From contig CAWJQV010000016.1 of NCBI GenBank assembly GCA_963844985.1, positions 5,467 to 69,466 of the forward strand: a stretch of 64,000 nt of DNA, given 5' to 3'. Source of the DNA: an uncultured delta proteobacterium. GTDB lineage: Bacteria > Desulfobacterota > Syntrophobacteria > Syntrophobacterales > Syntrophobacteraceae. Position 1 is the first letter of the stretch, and every line of letters starts with the position of its first letter. This document shows positions 33,746 through 43,812 of this stretch, piece after piece. The notes under the pieces were generated by a model. It had not been told where the DNA came from, ran no database searches, and was given only the letters and a program-made list of their open reading frames with translations. The position numbers and the translations under genes are program-made.

Positions 33746-34995
33746 TTAATTGGCTGAACTGTTTTTTCTTCTTCTAAAATAATAGGCTGCACTCACCAAC
33801 AGAAGAACAGCCATCATTGAGGTCCCCCATTCATTCATTGCCGGGATTGCTGCAATGGGTTGTGTCCAGCCATCGGAGAGCGTCTTCAGGAACGCGACGA
33901 TGGCAAGCTCCTCCCCGTGGTTCAATCCAAGATTTCCCATTTCTGTTGTGTTGATGTTCACAGCTACTTCCGGGGCGGGCCAGCCCGCGCCGGGAACGTC
34001 CCTCGTGTTGTAGAAGTGAACGATCTCCTCCAGCGACTTGAAGTAGCCATTGTGGCCGTACGCCTTCACGAACTTCTTGGTGGGCCGCAAGTCCACGTTG
34101 CGCAAGGTCGGGACCTTGAACTTGCCCCACTCAGGCCCCCAGACTGCTCCGGGTAACCTGCGGCCTTGAGGAAGCCGCCCAGGCCAGGGTCAACCCAGTT
34201 CGCGCCGTCCGGGTTCAATCGGGCATCATTGTAGAACGGATTCAACGGGTTCCGGGGCACGCCCAGGTTATCGTAGGTGAAATCTGTGAAGAGAGGGGCC
34301 ACATGACAGTTGGCGCACTTCGCCTTGCCGTTGAAACAGCGCCAGGCCCCACTGCTCCTGGCCGGTCAACCTGGCCTGCCCTTTCAGCCAGTAGTCGTAC
34401 TTGGAAGTGAACTGGCTGACCTCTTCGGATCGCTCGTACGCTGCGATCGCAGCGGCCGATGCACTCGTAACTTGGTAGTGCAGGGTCGGTGCAGACCTGA
34501 AGGAACAGATCCTTGTAGCTCGATGCCAGCACTTTATCAATCACGGCCTGCGCGCTGGCGTTGTTCTGCTCCAGCGGGTTCAGGAAGGGGCCCTGGGCTT
34601 GTTCAGCCAAGGGGTCGCCAAGGGTCCAGCCGGTTGCCCTACCATCCCAGAACATACCGCCAACCCACTTGGTTCCATCCCAGTGCAGAATAGGGCTATC
34701 GCCAGCATAGGCGGATGCAGGCGGTTTTCGGTTCCCGAACCGGCCAGCTACTGCACCTTCATAGACTGCCCCTGCTGCATTGATGGCCTCATCAGGTCCC
34801 GTCCATCCCACAGTCGGCCCATGGCAGACCGCACAAGACTGGCCAGGAGGAGTTGAGAGATTTGTGTCAAAAAATAAATTCTTTCCTAACTGCTCTTGCG
34901 GTGTTAGACCTGAATTGCCCTGAGCAAAGACAATCCAGAAAACTCCGAACTACCAACACTACCGAAAGCATAGCGATAATCTTCTTGTTCATCAT
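33746..34995 (-). pseudogene. di-haem cytochrome c peroxidase family protein with an IPTL-CTERM-like tail; at least 3 frame breaks
   Basis: Pieces carry CAVCHGP (my own translation at about 34810-34830), FLNPLEQNN, FTDFTYDNLGVPRNP, YGHNGYFKSLEEIVHFYNTRD, and the terminal IPAMNEWGTSMMAVLLLVSAAYYFRRRK. Confidence 0.7.
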
Positions 34996-35734
34996 CAAGT
35001 CCTCCTTTCTGACCGAACAGCACAAATGGGTCTGCAATACCTTTCCCTAGACCGATCACCTCCTTTCAGCTTCTAACAACAACCCAGCGTACCACAAACT
35101 CATCCTTTGACAGTCCGGCCGCCTTATCAGAAGACCCGCAGAGAGACACAGAAACTCCCTGGGGCCTTTGCATCGGCACCTTCAGGAGCTTCTCCTCGGT
35201 TCTACGGGTATAAGAGTGATTGCCCTTTCAGGGTGACGGCGTTTCCCACATGGCCACGACTGCTTCATGATCGTTAGGCCTAACGGCGGCCGTTTTCTGG
35301 AGGACCTTGGACCGCAGAGACTCATTGCTTGGGGCAGAGAATGGACAGCTACTGAGAATAGGATGACGAACACCACTCCACACCAACCTGCTCCTTCTTT
35401 GACGAGAAAACGGTCGTTCATGTGCGTGGGTCCCATGAACGATGTTAGCCGTAACAATTGTTCATGTCAAAGCAAAAAGGGTGGTTGTGAAACGTATCTT
35501 GTACGGGCGACTACCGAGCCATTTGATGGGCCGTGCCGGAGCGTCATTGCCAAGTATCCGAGAGGGGTATATGCCGTCCTGACATGTTAGTTTGATGGGC
35601 CATCTTCTTGGCCTTCAGTGAGTCAAGGAGAGCTGCTTCGGTACTGTATTAACTGACGCCAATCTGGCTTTGCCCCCGACGAGATGGCCATGTTTCAACA
35701 TCAAAGCGTCTTCCCTCAGGGCAGCAATGTAACA

Positions 35735-35946
35735 TTAACAGAACCAGCACATTAAGGTGGTGATGGCTCGTTATTGATAGCCGGAAGATATCTTGCCACA
35801 AGGTTGCATCCCACCAGAGGAAGTTCGTATAGAAAGTATGATCTGGAGGTAGCAAATCTTCAGATTGCCAAAATTTCACTGATCAGGAGAGCAAATGTTA
35901 GAGACTTTTCCTCAATCTGCCAGGCTTCGGTTTCGCAGCGGAACGG
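35735..35946 (+). repeat. junction repeat copy A (full length; further 3' homology to about 36135)
   Basis: TTAACAGAACCAGCAC ... CTTGCCACAAGG ... GTATGATCTGGAGG ... ATCAGGAGAG-caa-ATG ... GCGGAAC. Confidence 0.85.
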
Positions 35947-36264
35947 ATAATCATTCGGATGGGGTTAGCCCTGAACCGTCAACCCACGGTGTCTCTCGCC
36001 AGTGTGAATCGTCTCTTCAAAGGCAGGCACGATTGATGATATCAAAAAGGAATAGACTCAAGCCTTCAGCCGAATTGTGCATACAAGGTAGCTGTCGCCA
36101 GATTTACTCGCCGCCAATCAGAGAGCTGACCTCTACCGATTTGGGGCAAATCGCGACCTAGAAATGTTTGACGACGCTGCGGAGGTCGAGTAGGTTCCAG
36201 AAACAGGGCGAAAGAGAGTTTTCCCTCAATATAACACAATGATTTTTAGGAAAGGATAGAAAGG

Positions 36265-36732
36265 ATGCTCTATAAAATTGTTTTGAGTGCTGTGGCTTTG
36301 CTGCTTGCCTGTTCTTTCGGGTATGTCTCGCCGCGGAGGTCGGCGATACGGATGCTCACAGAGGAACTGCTGAAGTTCCAGGGCACCTGGGTCATGGTGT
36401 CGTCAGAAAAAAGTGGCAAGCTGGTGGCAGACGAGCGTGTGGACCGGACCAAAATCTTATATGAGGGAAAAACGGGATGGAAATTTGAGCCCAACCATCA
36501 TCCGGAACCTATAATCTTCGAGATTTTAGATATCGATACCTCAAAAGAGCCAAAGCAAATGCGTGCCATTGAAAAGAATGGACCCAGTATGGGCAAGACG
36601 CTTGTAGCGATCTACAGATTCGAGGGCCCCGATCAATACACGTTTGCTTACGACCCCAGTGGGTCCACAATACTGACGGAGTTTACCACTAAAGAAGGAA
36701 CAGAGCACATTCGTAAACCTGGAAGCGCGTGA
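36265..36732 (+). CDS. secreted lipocalin-like protein (TIGR03067-like domain)
   Basis: Signal peptide, then LKFQGTWVMVSSEKSGK ... LVAIYRFEGPDQYTFAY pattern. An AGGA motif lies upstream. Confidence 0.5.
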   Translation: MLYKIVLSAVALLLACSFGYVSPRRSAIRMLTEELLKFQGTWVMVSSEKSGKLVADERVDRTKILYEGKTGWKFEPNHHPEPIIFEILDIDTSKEPKQMRAIEKNGPSMGKTLVAIYRFEGPDQYTFAYDPSGSTILTEFTTKEGTEHIRKPGSA

Positions 36733-37676
36733 AGCCGTGAGATCCTTAATTGTTTCGAGTCGGGTATAGAGACTGTCTGATTTTTCCGCCAGCAGATCAC
36801 GAATGACCCCCACAATCGATATTCCATATAGGCAAGCGTTACGGTCTCGCTCCTGCTGCTGCCTCTTGTTCAGTATGACGAGCCCTCGCGCAGCATATCA
36901 ACCATGCATCGAGTGAAGAGGGACGCGCTTTGACATTAAACTATGTATGGCTCGGTATCTCGATCGTGATGCCAAAGTTGTGTGCGTCAAGTTCTGAAAA
37001 TTCGATTAAGGCATATGGCGCCTATTTCTTACTTTGCTTCCCGCGACAAGCAAGGAACCTAGCCGTGGAGGGCCGCCGAGAATGGGTCCAACCGTGACTC
37101 GCCGGAGGTGGCCCAAAGGCAGTGCCTTGAAACGAAAATCGCATACCAAACTTGCGCGCAAGTATCCGGGGGCCTTCATCACCCGACCTTTTATGCAAAC
37201 CCGATTATCTGCCACACTGAAAAGTGCAATTATCTTAACATCTTCAAGTCCTTAAGAGCAGAGGCAAATCGTTGAAAATATCCCATTGAAATCCTCACCT
37301 TTTTGATCGTCGATTTTGATCGAAGGAAGGCAGCTATTTACCCCAAGCGAACAGTCGAGTGTTTTTTGCTCCCAACTCCCCACAACACAACGACAACTCC
37401 TGATGATTTTTGTCATTCGTTGCCAAAAGATTGGCATAAATTCGGTTGACAGCATCCACATCGGGCGCTAGCGTAAATGACTTAAGGAGTAATTTGTTCT
37501 TCCTTTCAATATCTAATGGTTATGAAGGAAGGCGCAGGCTCCTTCCTATACAATTCAGAGAGGCATTTCCCCCTCTTGGTAAAGCTTTGAATCTTTAACG
37601 GGTTAGTAGAAACAATATGTAAGCAAATATACAATCGTACCGTGGGAGCCAATGTCGAGAAAGGAGGCTGATTCGC

Positions 37677-38881
37677 ATGGATAAAAGGATTTCTTCGTAT
37701 CGGGAGCTTGCCCTTTTTGGAGTGCTTGCTGCAACTTTGGTTTTGTTCATGCTGGTCCTGCCGGTGCCTCGCCAACTTATCAGGTACACAAACTTGTCTC
37801 AGACATTTCGGGACTTGCAGACAATTTCGATCCGAATCTCAAAATCCATGGGGGATTTCGTCCGGCCCAACCAGTCCTTTCTGGATTTCGGATAACCACG
37901 CCGGTGTTGTTACTCTTTACAATGGCAACGGCCAGCCCTTCCCGGTGGTAAGCCCCCTAGTCGTCACGGTTCCTCCGCCTTCAGGTGGAACCCCTCCCTC
38001 TACACCCACTGGACAAGTATTTAATGGAAACCTGGCGAGTTTTAAGATTAACGGAACTGCAGCGAGCTTTATCTTTGCGACGGAGGATGGAACAATCTCG
38101 GGTTGGAATTCAGGTTCAGGGACCAATGCCATCCGTACAGTAGATAATTCAGCATCTGGCGCGGTCTATAAGGGGCTTGCCTGGTAACAACGGCACCAGC
38201 GATTTTCTTTATGCCGCCAATTTTCACGCTGGGACCATTGATGTGTTCGACAGCCTCTTTGCACCTACCACCTTGGCTGGAAACTTCACCGATCCCAATC
38301 TGCCCAGTGGGTTTGCCCCATTCAATATCCAGAACCTGGGAGGGAAGCTTTATGTGACCTATGCGAAGCAGGATGCAACCGAACATGATGATGTCCCCGG
38401 TCCAGGCAATGGTTTCGTCAATGTTTTTGATTTGAACGGCAATCTTTTCAATCGTCTCATTTCTAATGGAGCCCTTAACTCTCCATGGGGATTGGCATTG
38501 GCTCCTACCAATTTCGGTGATTTCAGTAACACCCTTCTAGTCGGAAATTTTGGCGATGGACTCATTAATGCCTTCGATCCCGGTACTGGTGCCTTTCTCG
38601 GTCAAATCCAAGATGCTTGGAGAACTCCTATCGTGATTAAGGGATTATGGGGACTGAAGTTTGGCAATGGGGGAAATGGTGGTGATTCCCATACGCTGTA
38701 CTTCACGGCTGGAATTCCAGGTCCCTCTCCAGGCGCGGTGGAAGACCATGGGTTGTTCGGCAGCATCAAACCCGTCCAACCGGCGGTTGTCCCAGCATTC
38801 AACCATTGGGGTTTACCCGTGTTCGCAGTCCTTTTGCTCGCCTCGGTCTGTTGGGTCGTGAGAAGAAGGAGAAAGACATAG
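37677..38881 (+). pseudogene. TIGR03118-like secreted beta-propeller protein with an IPTL-CTERM-like tail; about 3 frame breaks
   Basis: LVSDISGLADNFDPNLK / NPWGISSGPTSPFWISDN / LYAANFHAGTIDVFD / NSPWGLALAP / GNFGDGLINAFD read across three frames. The tail is VPAFNHWGLPVFAVLLLASVCWVVRRRRKT. A strong AAGGAGG motif precedes 37677. Confidence 0.65.
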
Positions 38882-38909
38882 GCCTGATAATCCTGTGGAC
38901 TCCTCCTCT

Positions 38910-38943
38910 GGCAGGGTCAGCAATGGTCCTGCCTTTCTTCTTG
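38910..38943 (+). terminator. rho-independent terminator candidate
   Basis: GGCAGG-gtcagcaatggt-CCTGCC followed by TTTCTTCTT, 29 nt after the stop at 38881. Confidence 0.5.
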
Positions 38944-39017
38944 GCGAGTCGAGAGGGTGAATGGTAACCGACCAATTTCATCGATTCCGAGCGTTAACCA
39001 GCACAAAAGTCATTTAC

Positions 39018-39174
39018 TTAACAGAACCAGCACTTTAAGGTAGTGATGGTTCGTTACTGATAGCCGAAACATATCTTGCCAGAACCTTGAACTCGCAGGG
39101 ACAGCGGATTCCTTGAGGGTATGATTTGAACGTGGTGAATTCTCGGGATGTCCAGATTTCAAGGACCAGGAGAG
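39018..39174 (+). repeat. junction repeat copy B (full length)
   Basis: TTAACAGAACCAGCACTTTAAGGTAGTGATGGTTCGTTACTGATAGCCGAAAC ... CTTGCCAGAACC ... GTATGATTTGAACGTGG ... ACCAGGAGAG. Confidence 0.85.
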
Positions 39175-39668
39175 ATGCATGAAGGCCACCGGCTGCAAAA
39201 TACTCCCGACTATTTCGATCCAATCAGCCACCATTTTTCAAAGAACGACACACCCTGTCTCGGCTCCCCTCAATGATACCGGAGGTATCCACTGACCAGA
39301 AGACCCCACCTGATGGGCATTCCACCAGCATCATTTTCAAAGAGTTGTCGGCTCATCGATCCAGGCAGTACGCTCGTTTGCCTCCGAGGTGACGGGTATC
39401 ATTTCCAAGTCCACGGGTGACACGAGCAACTTAAATGGCCGAGCCGAAGTCACGAAGGACTGGCAGTGAATGTTAGAATTTGTCCCTCCCGTCCAGGACT
39501 CAGGCAACAGGAACGCATTCCTTGGGCCACGCGCGTTATTGGAAAACCTTGGGCTCGGGCCTTGTGGACTGAATAAATGTGATATTATCCGCATACTTGC
39601 ACAACATCAAAAAAAGTGCTTAGGTTTATGAGAAGTTCGACAATTTCAGCATTTAGGAGAAAGAAGAA

Positions 39669-40028
39669 ATGAATAAAGAGGCGGATACAGCAAATGAGAT
39701 GATCAAGCGTTTGGCATTGTCTTTGGATAGTATTTTTCAAAGGGCAGAGGAATTGAACGCCTCCTTTGAGCGCAGCCCAAAGCCGCGCCAGAGAAAGATA
39801 GTTGAGATATTACACAAGCATGACATTCCCGCATGCGTGGGACCGTTCTTTGATTCCTATTCCAGAATCAGCGCGGCCGGAGGGGATATTGAGCAATTCA
39901 GCCACATGATGGTAGAAAGGCTTTCTTCTTACCTTCAAGAAGACCCCTCCAAGGTTGCGATACGATTCAGGGAAGCGATTGCGGATTACGTTGAATTCAG
40001 GAGCCGTGACCTGGACGAAGGCCGCTAA
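39669..40028 (+). CDS. hypothetical protein
   Basis: 119-aa ORF preceded by AGGAGAAAG; no recognisable family. Confidence 0.35.
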   Translation: MNKEADTANEMIKRLALSLDSIFQRAEELNASFERSPKPRQRKIVEILHKHDIPACVGPFFDSYSRISAAGGDIEQFSHMMVERLSSYLQEDPSKVAIRFREAIADYVEFRSRDLDEGR

Positions 40029-40405
40029 AGCTTTAATCGCCATATCAGATGAAAGTCCCACGGGCATGGATGCATATATGGTCAATATGATGGCCACGCC
40101 TTCTTAGCCCTCCGGACCCCGGCAACAAAAACACGTGGCCGGGGTGATATGCCTTCTGTCACCAGTTCGCTAAGGGGGTCTTGCAAATCAAGTTATCGGA
40201 GTCTACCAGGACGGGCCAACAGAAATCGCCTTGGCGATCCCGGTTAATCCTGTGGGATTTGGGAAAGCAATGGTTTCGCTTGCCCATATTGCGTTATCCT
40301 GAAATCTTTTGTTGGTGGCCGAATATGATCCGCATGTGGTGGGTTTGATGATGGGTGGGTTCCGAAAGCCATAGGAGAGCTCAATGAACTTCGAACACCA
40401 CAGAA

Positions 40406-40687
40406 TTAAGCGGCGGCTGGAACTGATATGGACTCGATGCCTACACCAAGGAACGTGATGACGCCACGTAGCCGCGCCGTCCGCTTGAATGAAAGTTGGG
40501 CATCATTCCGATTCACTAAAGAGAAAAGTTGCTTCTGCAGTTCCTGAACTATTTGAGAGCGGATAATGCCCATGTCCTTTTCGTGTTGGTCAAATTCGTC
40601 AACGGCCTCCGCCAAAAGTTCACAAATCGTCGCTGCCCAGAGCATCTCGCCTAATGTCCGGGGACAGGATAGGTCTGCTGCGATCAA
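40406..40687 (-). CDS. hypothetical protein
   Basis: 93-aa ORF 29 nt downstream of the MerB-like frame; no recognisable family. Confidence 0.3.
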   Translation of the reverse strand: MIAADLSCPRTLGEMLWAATICELLAEAVDEFDQHEKDMGIIRSQIVQELQKQLFSLVNRNDAQLSFKRTARLRGVITFLGVGIESISVPAAA

Positions 40688-40716
40688 GATTAATCTAAAT
40701 CAAAGCGCGAAGGCCA

Positions 40717-41424
40717 TTAGGGAGTCCAGAAGGGACCCGCCTTGCCCAGCTTCTTCAGCGATAAGATCAGCTCCGATGCATATTCGTTCAGTCGAGAGAG
40801 ATAGTCGGGCTGTAGGCGATTCCTGTGCAAAGGCCCACTAAACGCCGTTGCCCAGTTGGACAAGGACATGATGGACTCAGCCGAAACGGGATCATAAAGC
40901 GACCAATTCTTCACATGCTCTTCCGACCGGAAGAGATTCATGCGGCTTCAAGCCGAACCCCAGGTCACTTCTCCTGTTAAAGCCTTGGCGAACGGAATAT
41001 TCATATGTCCTACGGTCGTTGGTGGATTGACTTCGAGGATCTCCTCGTCACGCATGCGGACGCGGATGGGTTGCCCACAATCCAGGCAACTGGTGTCGAT
41101 ACGGATCTCCGTACCGGGGAAAAGCCAGCGCACGGCCAGCACTTCGATTCCTCACTGTCCGTACCACTTCTGTTCCCCCTTGATCGTTACACGATGATGT
41201 GTCGGTACGTTGGAAAAAGGCGCCCATGACTCAACGTAGTCTGTGTCTCTGACAAACCAGCAGGCTATGGAGGACTCGGCTGCCTTGCGCTGCAAGTGCC
41301 TGGCCTCGTCTGGTCGCACCCCGAGAATTCCCGCAAGCTCGGTATAGTGCGGTGCCCGCCCAGTCTTCACAAAATGCTCCACAACAGCAGTGTAAGCTCG
41401 TTGCACCAATGTGGTTTCTTCCAT
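40717..41424 (-). CDS. MerB-like (alkylmercury lyase family) protein with two in-frame TGA codons; candidate selenoprotein
   Basis: ORFs 41152-41424, 40948-41142 and 40717-40941 share one frame and are separated only by TGA at 41152-41154 and 40948-40950. The joined 235-aa product resembles MerB (GRAPHYTELAGILG; WYGQ-TGA-GIEVL; TSCLDCG; GSA-TGA-SRMNLFRS). Confidence 0.6.
40915..40941 (-). promoter_or_regulatory. SECIS-like hairpin after the second TGA
   Basis: AUG-AAU-CUCUUCC-GGUC-GGAAGAG-CAU. The 7-bp stem starts 12 nt after UGA, and the GGUC apical loop starts 19 nt after UGA. Confidence 0.55.
41119..41145 (-). promoter_or_regulatory. SECIS-like hairpin after the first TGA
   Basis: GAAG(U)GCUGGC-CGUGC-GCUGGC(U)UUUC gives 10 pairs including G-U, with one U-U mismatch. 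The loop contains GU 19-20 nt after UGA. Confidence 0.4.
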
Positions 41425-41536
41425 GTCATTTCCTCCCTTTCAGTTGTCATTTGGTACCGCGTATCGTTGACCACTGCCTTGGCGCTCAACTGGTGTAGCC
41501 TGCCAGATGGAGCGGCTTGTTGGCGGCCAACCGTGA

Positions 41537-41888
41537 TCATAAACCCTTCGGCAAAATCTTTGCAACAAACGACTGAGCGACGATCTTACCGTCCTGAACA
41601 ACGAATGTGTCTGTCGCCAGGTCGTAACGTGTTGTCGGCCGTCTCGGCGGTCCACAAAATGTAGGCATAGTCACCTTTGATGGACTGGTGCTTCAATTTG
41701 AACGAAGAACCAGGTTTTGCAAACTCTGCCAAAAGACCCTCGAATAACGGTCTGATAGCGTCGACTCCCTCTAATGGCCCGTCTGGCGTAAACAGGATCG
41801 CCGTGGGTGCGTAGTCGGAGAGGATGCCATTGAGGTCGCCCTCGCCAAAAGATTCCAAGTGGATGATCGACAACATCTTTCGTCGCAC
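41537..41888 (-). pseudogene. SnoaL/NTF2-like protein with a C-terminal frameshift
   Basis: GDLNGILSDYAPTAILFTPDGPLEGVDAIRPLFEGLL ... YAYILWTAETADNT then, after a 1-nt shift, YDLATDTFVVQDGKIVAQSF. Confidence 0.5.
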
Positions 41889-42003
41889 TCATGTCTTGCT
41901 CCTCCGTTGTTGGTTCTAATTCCTCGCTTCAGCGATCAGCCTTGTCTGAGTCGTCTCTTTGGTGGCCATCGGCCCTTAGCCGGCACAGACCAACTATTTT
42001 ATA

Positions 42004-42060
42004 GGCCGAACTCCCGTTGACGTGAGGGCTCGGTGGTCTTTGATCCACCCAACGTTCGCC
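42004..42060. other. attC-like imperfect palindrome (GGCCGAAC ... GTTCGCC)
   Basis: Terminal boxes GGCCGAAC / GTTCGCC with an inner GGTGG-n8-CCACC hairpin, between the genes 41537-41888 and 42124-42510. Confidence 0.35.
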
Positions 42061-42123
42061 TTCAACGGCACCGCCTTTGGCGCGTCCGCTGGACATTGTT
42101 GCTGGGCGACGGTCAGAGTCTAC

Positions 42124-42510
42124 TCATGACGGCGGGCTTTTTCCGAGCACTCGTTCAATCGCCGGCACAGCGTCCTCCGGACCGCGCACGAGGATGATCT
42201 TCGATCTCGGCGCGTTCGCGTGGATGATGTTGAGAACGCGATTGAACCAGACAGTGGTCTCTTCCGTCGCGGGGAAATTCACGGCGTCCTGTCCGTTGAT
42301 GTAGCCGCCGATGGCCACGCCATCGTACTCGGCTCGCTTCAGCTCCGCGACCAGCCGTGCGTCCCCAGCTTCATCGTTCGTCAGCACGAAGGTGGTCGCC
42401 TGGAACCCGAGCGAACGGAGTTTCTCTTGGACGGCGGCGGCGATCTCCGGATGTTTGCCGAACCCGAGGATGCGCCAACCCGTGGGGTGTGAAGAAGAGG
42501 CGATCTGCAT
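42124..42510 (-). CDS. hypothetical protein
   Basis: 128-aa ORF; no recognisable family. Confidence 0.4.
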   Translation of the reverse strand: MQIASSSHPTGWRILGFGKHPEIAAAVQEKLRSLGFQATTFVLTNDEAGDARLVAELKRAEYDGVAIGGYINGQDAVNFPATEETTVWFNRVLNIIHANAPRSKIILVRGPEDAVPAIERVLGKSPPS

Positions 42511-42762
42511 TTAGAGAATCATACCCCATCACGTCATTCCTCTACAAAACGTCAATCCCAAGTACTCATGATCAGCAACCACCCGACGCAGCGACTCATC
42601 GCGCGACGCGGTCTATCTCAACTCTCAACCTATTCGAACCATCCGTCCAGCGCTCCGCTTGAGAGGCACTGCTTCTAGCGGCGTCCCTCTCGAAGTGTTC
42701 GGCGTAATGATCGTTCATCACATCGGACCATATTTCCCTAATCCCGCTGGGCTTTCGTGTAG

Positions 42763-43557
42763 TTAGCGGCCACTCCCCATCTGAGCCAATATCTGCTCCA
42801 GAGCCGTCTGATCGGGAGTCACAAAAGGGGTCGAAGTTGGGACTTCCGCAAGCAACTCCAAGAAGTATCCGGTCTTTCCCCGCGCTGGTGGCAAGTGTGC
42901 GGAGAAGATCATTTTCGGGCCAATTTGACCAATTCTATCGAGCGCTTTAGTGAATCCGTCCGGGCTAACCATATGAACCCATGGGCTGTCAGCACTGGCC
43001 CAGCTGACCATGCCTCTAGCGAGATCTCCTTCTGTCACATCATCCGCATTCTGCACCGGCGAGGGGATAATGGCACCAAAGAAATCGGCAGAGAAAAAGG
43101 CTTCCGATTTGTTATCGTAGACACCGATAGTAGTCGGGTTATCGAACATGGGCGGTCTGACGGCGGTCAGCTCACGGTCACCCACTCTAATTCTGTCTCC
43201 CGGATTTAACCAGTGAACCCGATGCATAGGTACCGGCCAAGCTGTGCTCATCCTCAGCACTGCCAGGGAGTTCGCCACAAGGCGCGCGCCGGGTGATACT
43301 TCAAGAACCTTCTGAATGTTACCGGTATGGTCTGCATCATCGTGGGTAATCCATACCCACCTCAGGTCCTGAGGATCAATGATCGACGATAGAGCTATCA
43401 TAAACTCCTCAGTCTCAATTCCCATTCCCGTGTCAACGAGTACCGGCTCTTTAGCCTTGATGACGAAGGCATTGACCGGCAGGAATCCCATCCCGGGTAT
43501 CGGGAAATGAGCGGGAACGACCACGATATCTGGCATCGCTTCATAGGGTTTATCCAT
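42763..43557 (-). CDS. MBL-fold metallo-hydrolase
   Basis: 264-aa ORF with the WITHDDADHTGN (HxHxDH-type) motif. Confidence 0.8.
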   Translation of the reverse strand: MDKPYEAMPDIVVVPAHFPIPGMGFLPVNAFVIKAKEPVLVDTGMGIETEEFMIALSSIIDPQDLRWVWITHDDADHTGNIQKVLEVSPGARLVANSLAVLRMSTAWPVPMHRVHWLNPGDRIRVGDRELTAVRPPMFDNPTTIGVYDNKSEAFFSADFFGAIIPSPVQNADDVTEGDLARGMVSWASADSPWVHMVSPDGFTKALDRIGQIGPKMIFSAHLPPARGKTGYFLELLAEVPTSTPFVTPDQTALEQILAQMGSGR

Positions 43558-43604
43558 TGGAAACTCCTCCTTTCAAAAGACCGACTTGGAACCTTCACAA
43601 GTCA

Positions 43605-43668
43605 TCGCCAGAATGGATGTTTAAAAATCGAACAGTATGAATTGAAAGTTGCCATAACGTTAGGTGAC
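43605..43668 (+). repeat. junction repeat copy J (degenerate)
   Basis: TCGCCAGAATGG-n20-AGTATGAATTGAAAGTTGCCATAACGTTAGGTGAC aligns loosely with the repeat core. Confidence 0.4.
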
Positions 43669-43812
43669 ACAGGGCCTCGAAGCGGTTCCCTCAAGATCGG
43701 CTGCATTCGGCTACGTACGGACATTCAAGCTATTCAAGCTCCAAGCCTTTCGGATGGGCCTGCAGCCGGTAAGCAGGCCTACTCGAACTTGCCTCGAATG
43801 GCCCAGAGACCG

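Noticed and set aside
35649-35879. Conserved minus-strand peptide FWQD(I/M/T)FRLS(I/V)T(S/N)HH(H/Y)L(N/K)(V/M)L(V/I)LL, encoded across the 5' module of repeat copies A, B and H (ORFs 35649-35879, 39010-39234 and about 58567-58665)
   Set aside because: Differences among the three copies are almost all non-synonymous. The flanking parts of the ORFs are unrelated and end at different points. The similarity is therefore nucleotide-level repeat conservation, not a protein under selection.
35895-36161. 88-aa + strand ORF starting at the repeat-borne AGGAGAG-ATG (copy A), and the analogous 30-35-aa ORFs after copies C, D2, G and I, as real micro-proteins
   Set aside because: Beyond the first 6-10 codons, which are conserved at the nucleotide level, the sequences and lengths are unrelated and run into palindromes. 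Coding cannot be supported from the sequence alone.
40948-41154. Reading the two TGAs in the MerB-like frame as ordinary nonsense mutations (a pseudogene)
   Set aside because: Two independent stops falling exactly on the two catalytic Cys columns is unlikely by chance. The frame is otherwise intact, both stops are TGA, and each has a downstream hairpin at SECIS distance. The pseudogene reading is kept as the null hypothesis in the finding.
41519-41531. GTTGGCGGCCAAC, and the similar GTT-first palindromes at 43748-43788 (TTTCGGATGGGCCTGC...GCAGGCCTACTCGAAC) and inside 47420-47472, as further attC sites
   Set aside because: Their polarity (GTT on the 5' arm, AAC on the 3' arm) is opposite to the RYYYAAC...GTTRRRY order, which is the same on both strands for real attC sites. 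They may be terminators or inner parts of larger sites and were not counted.
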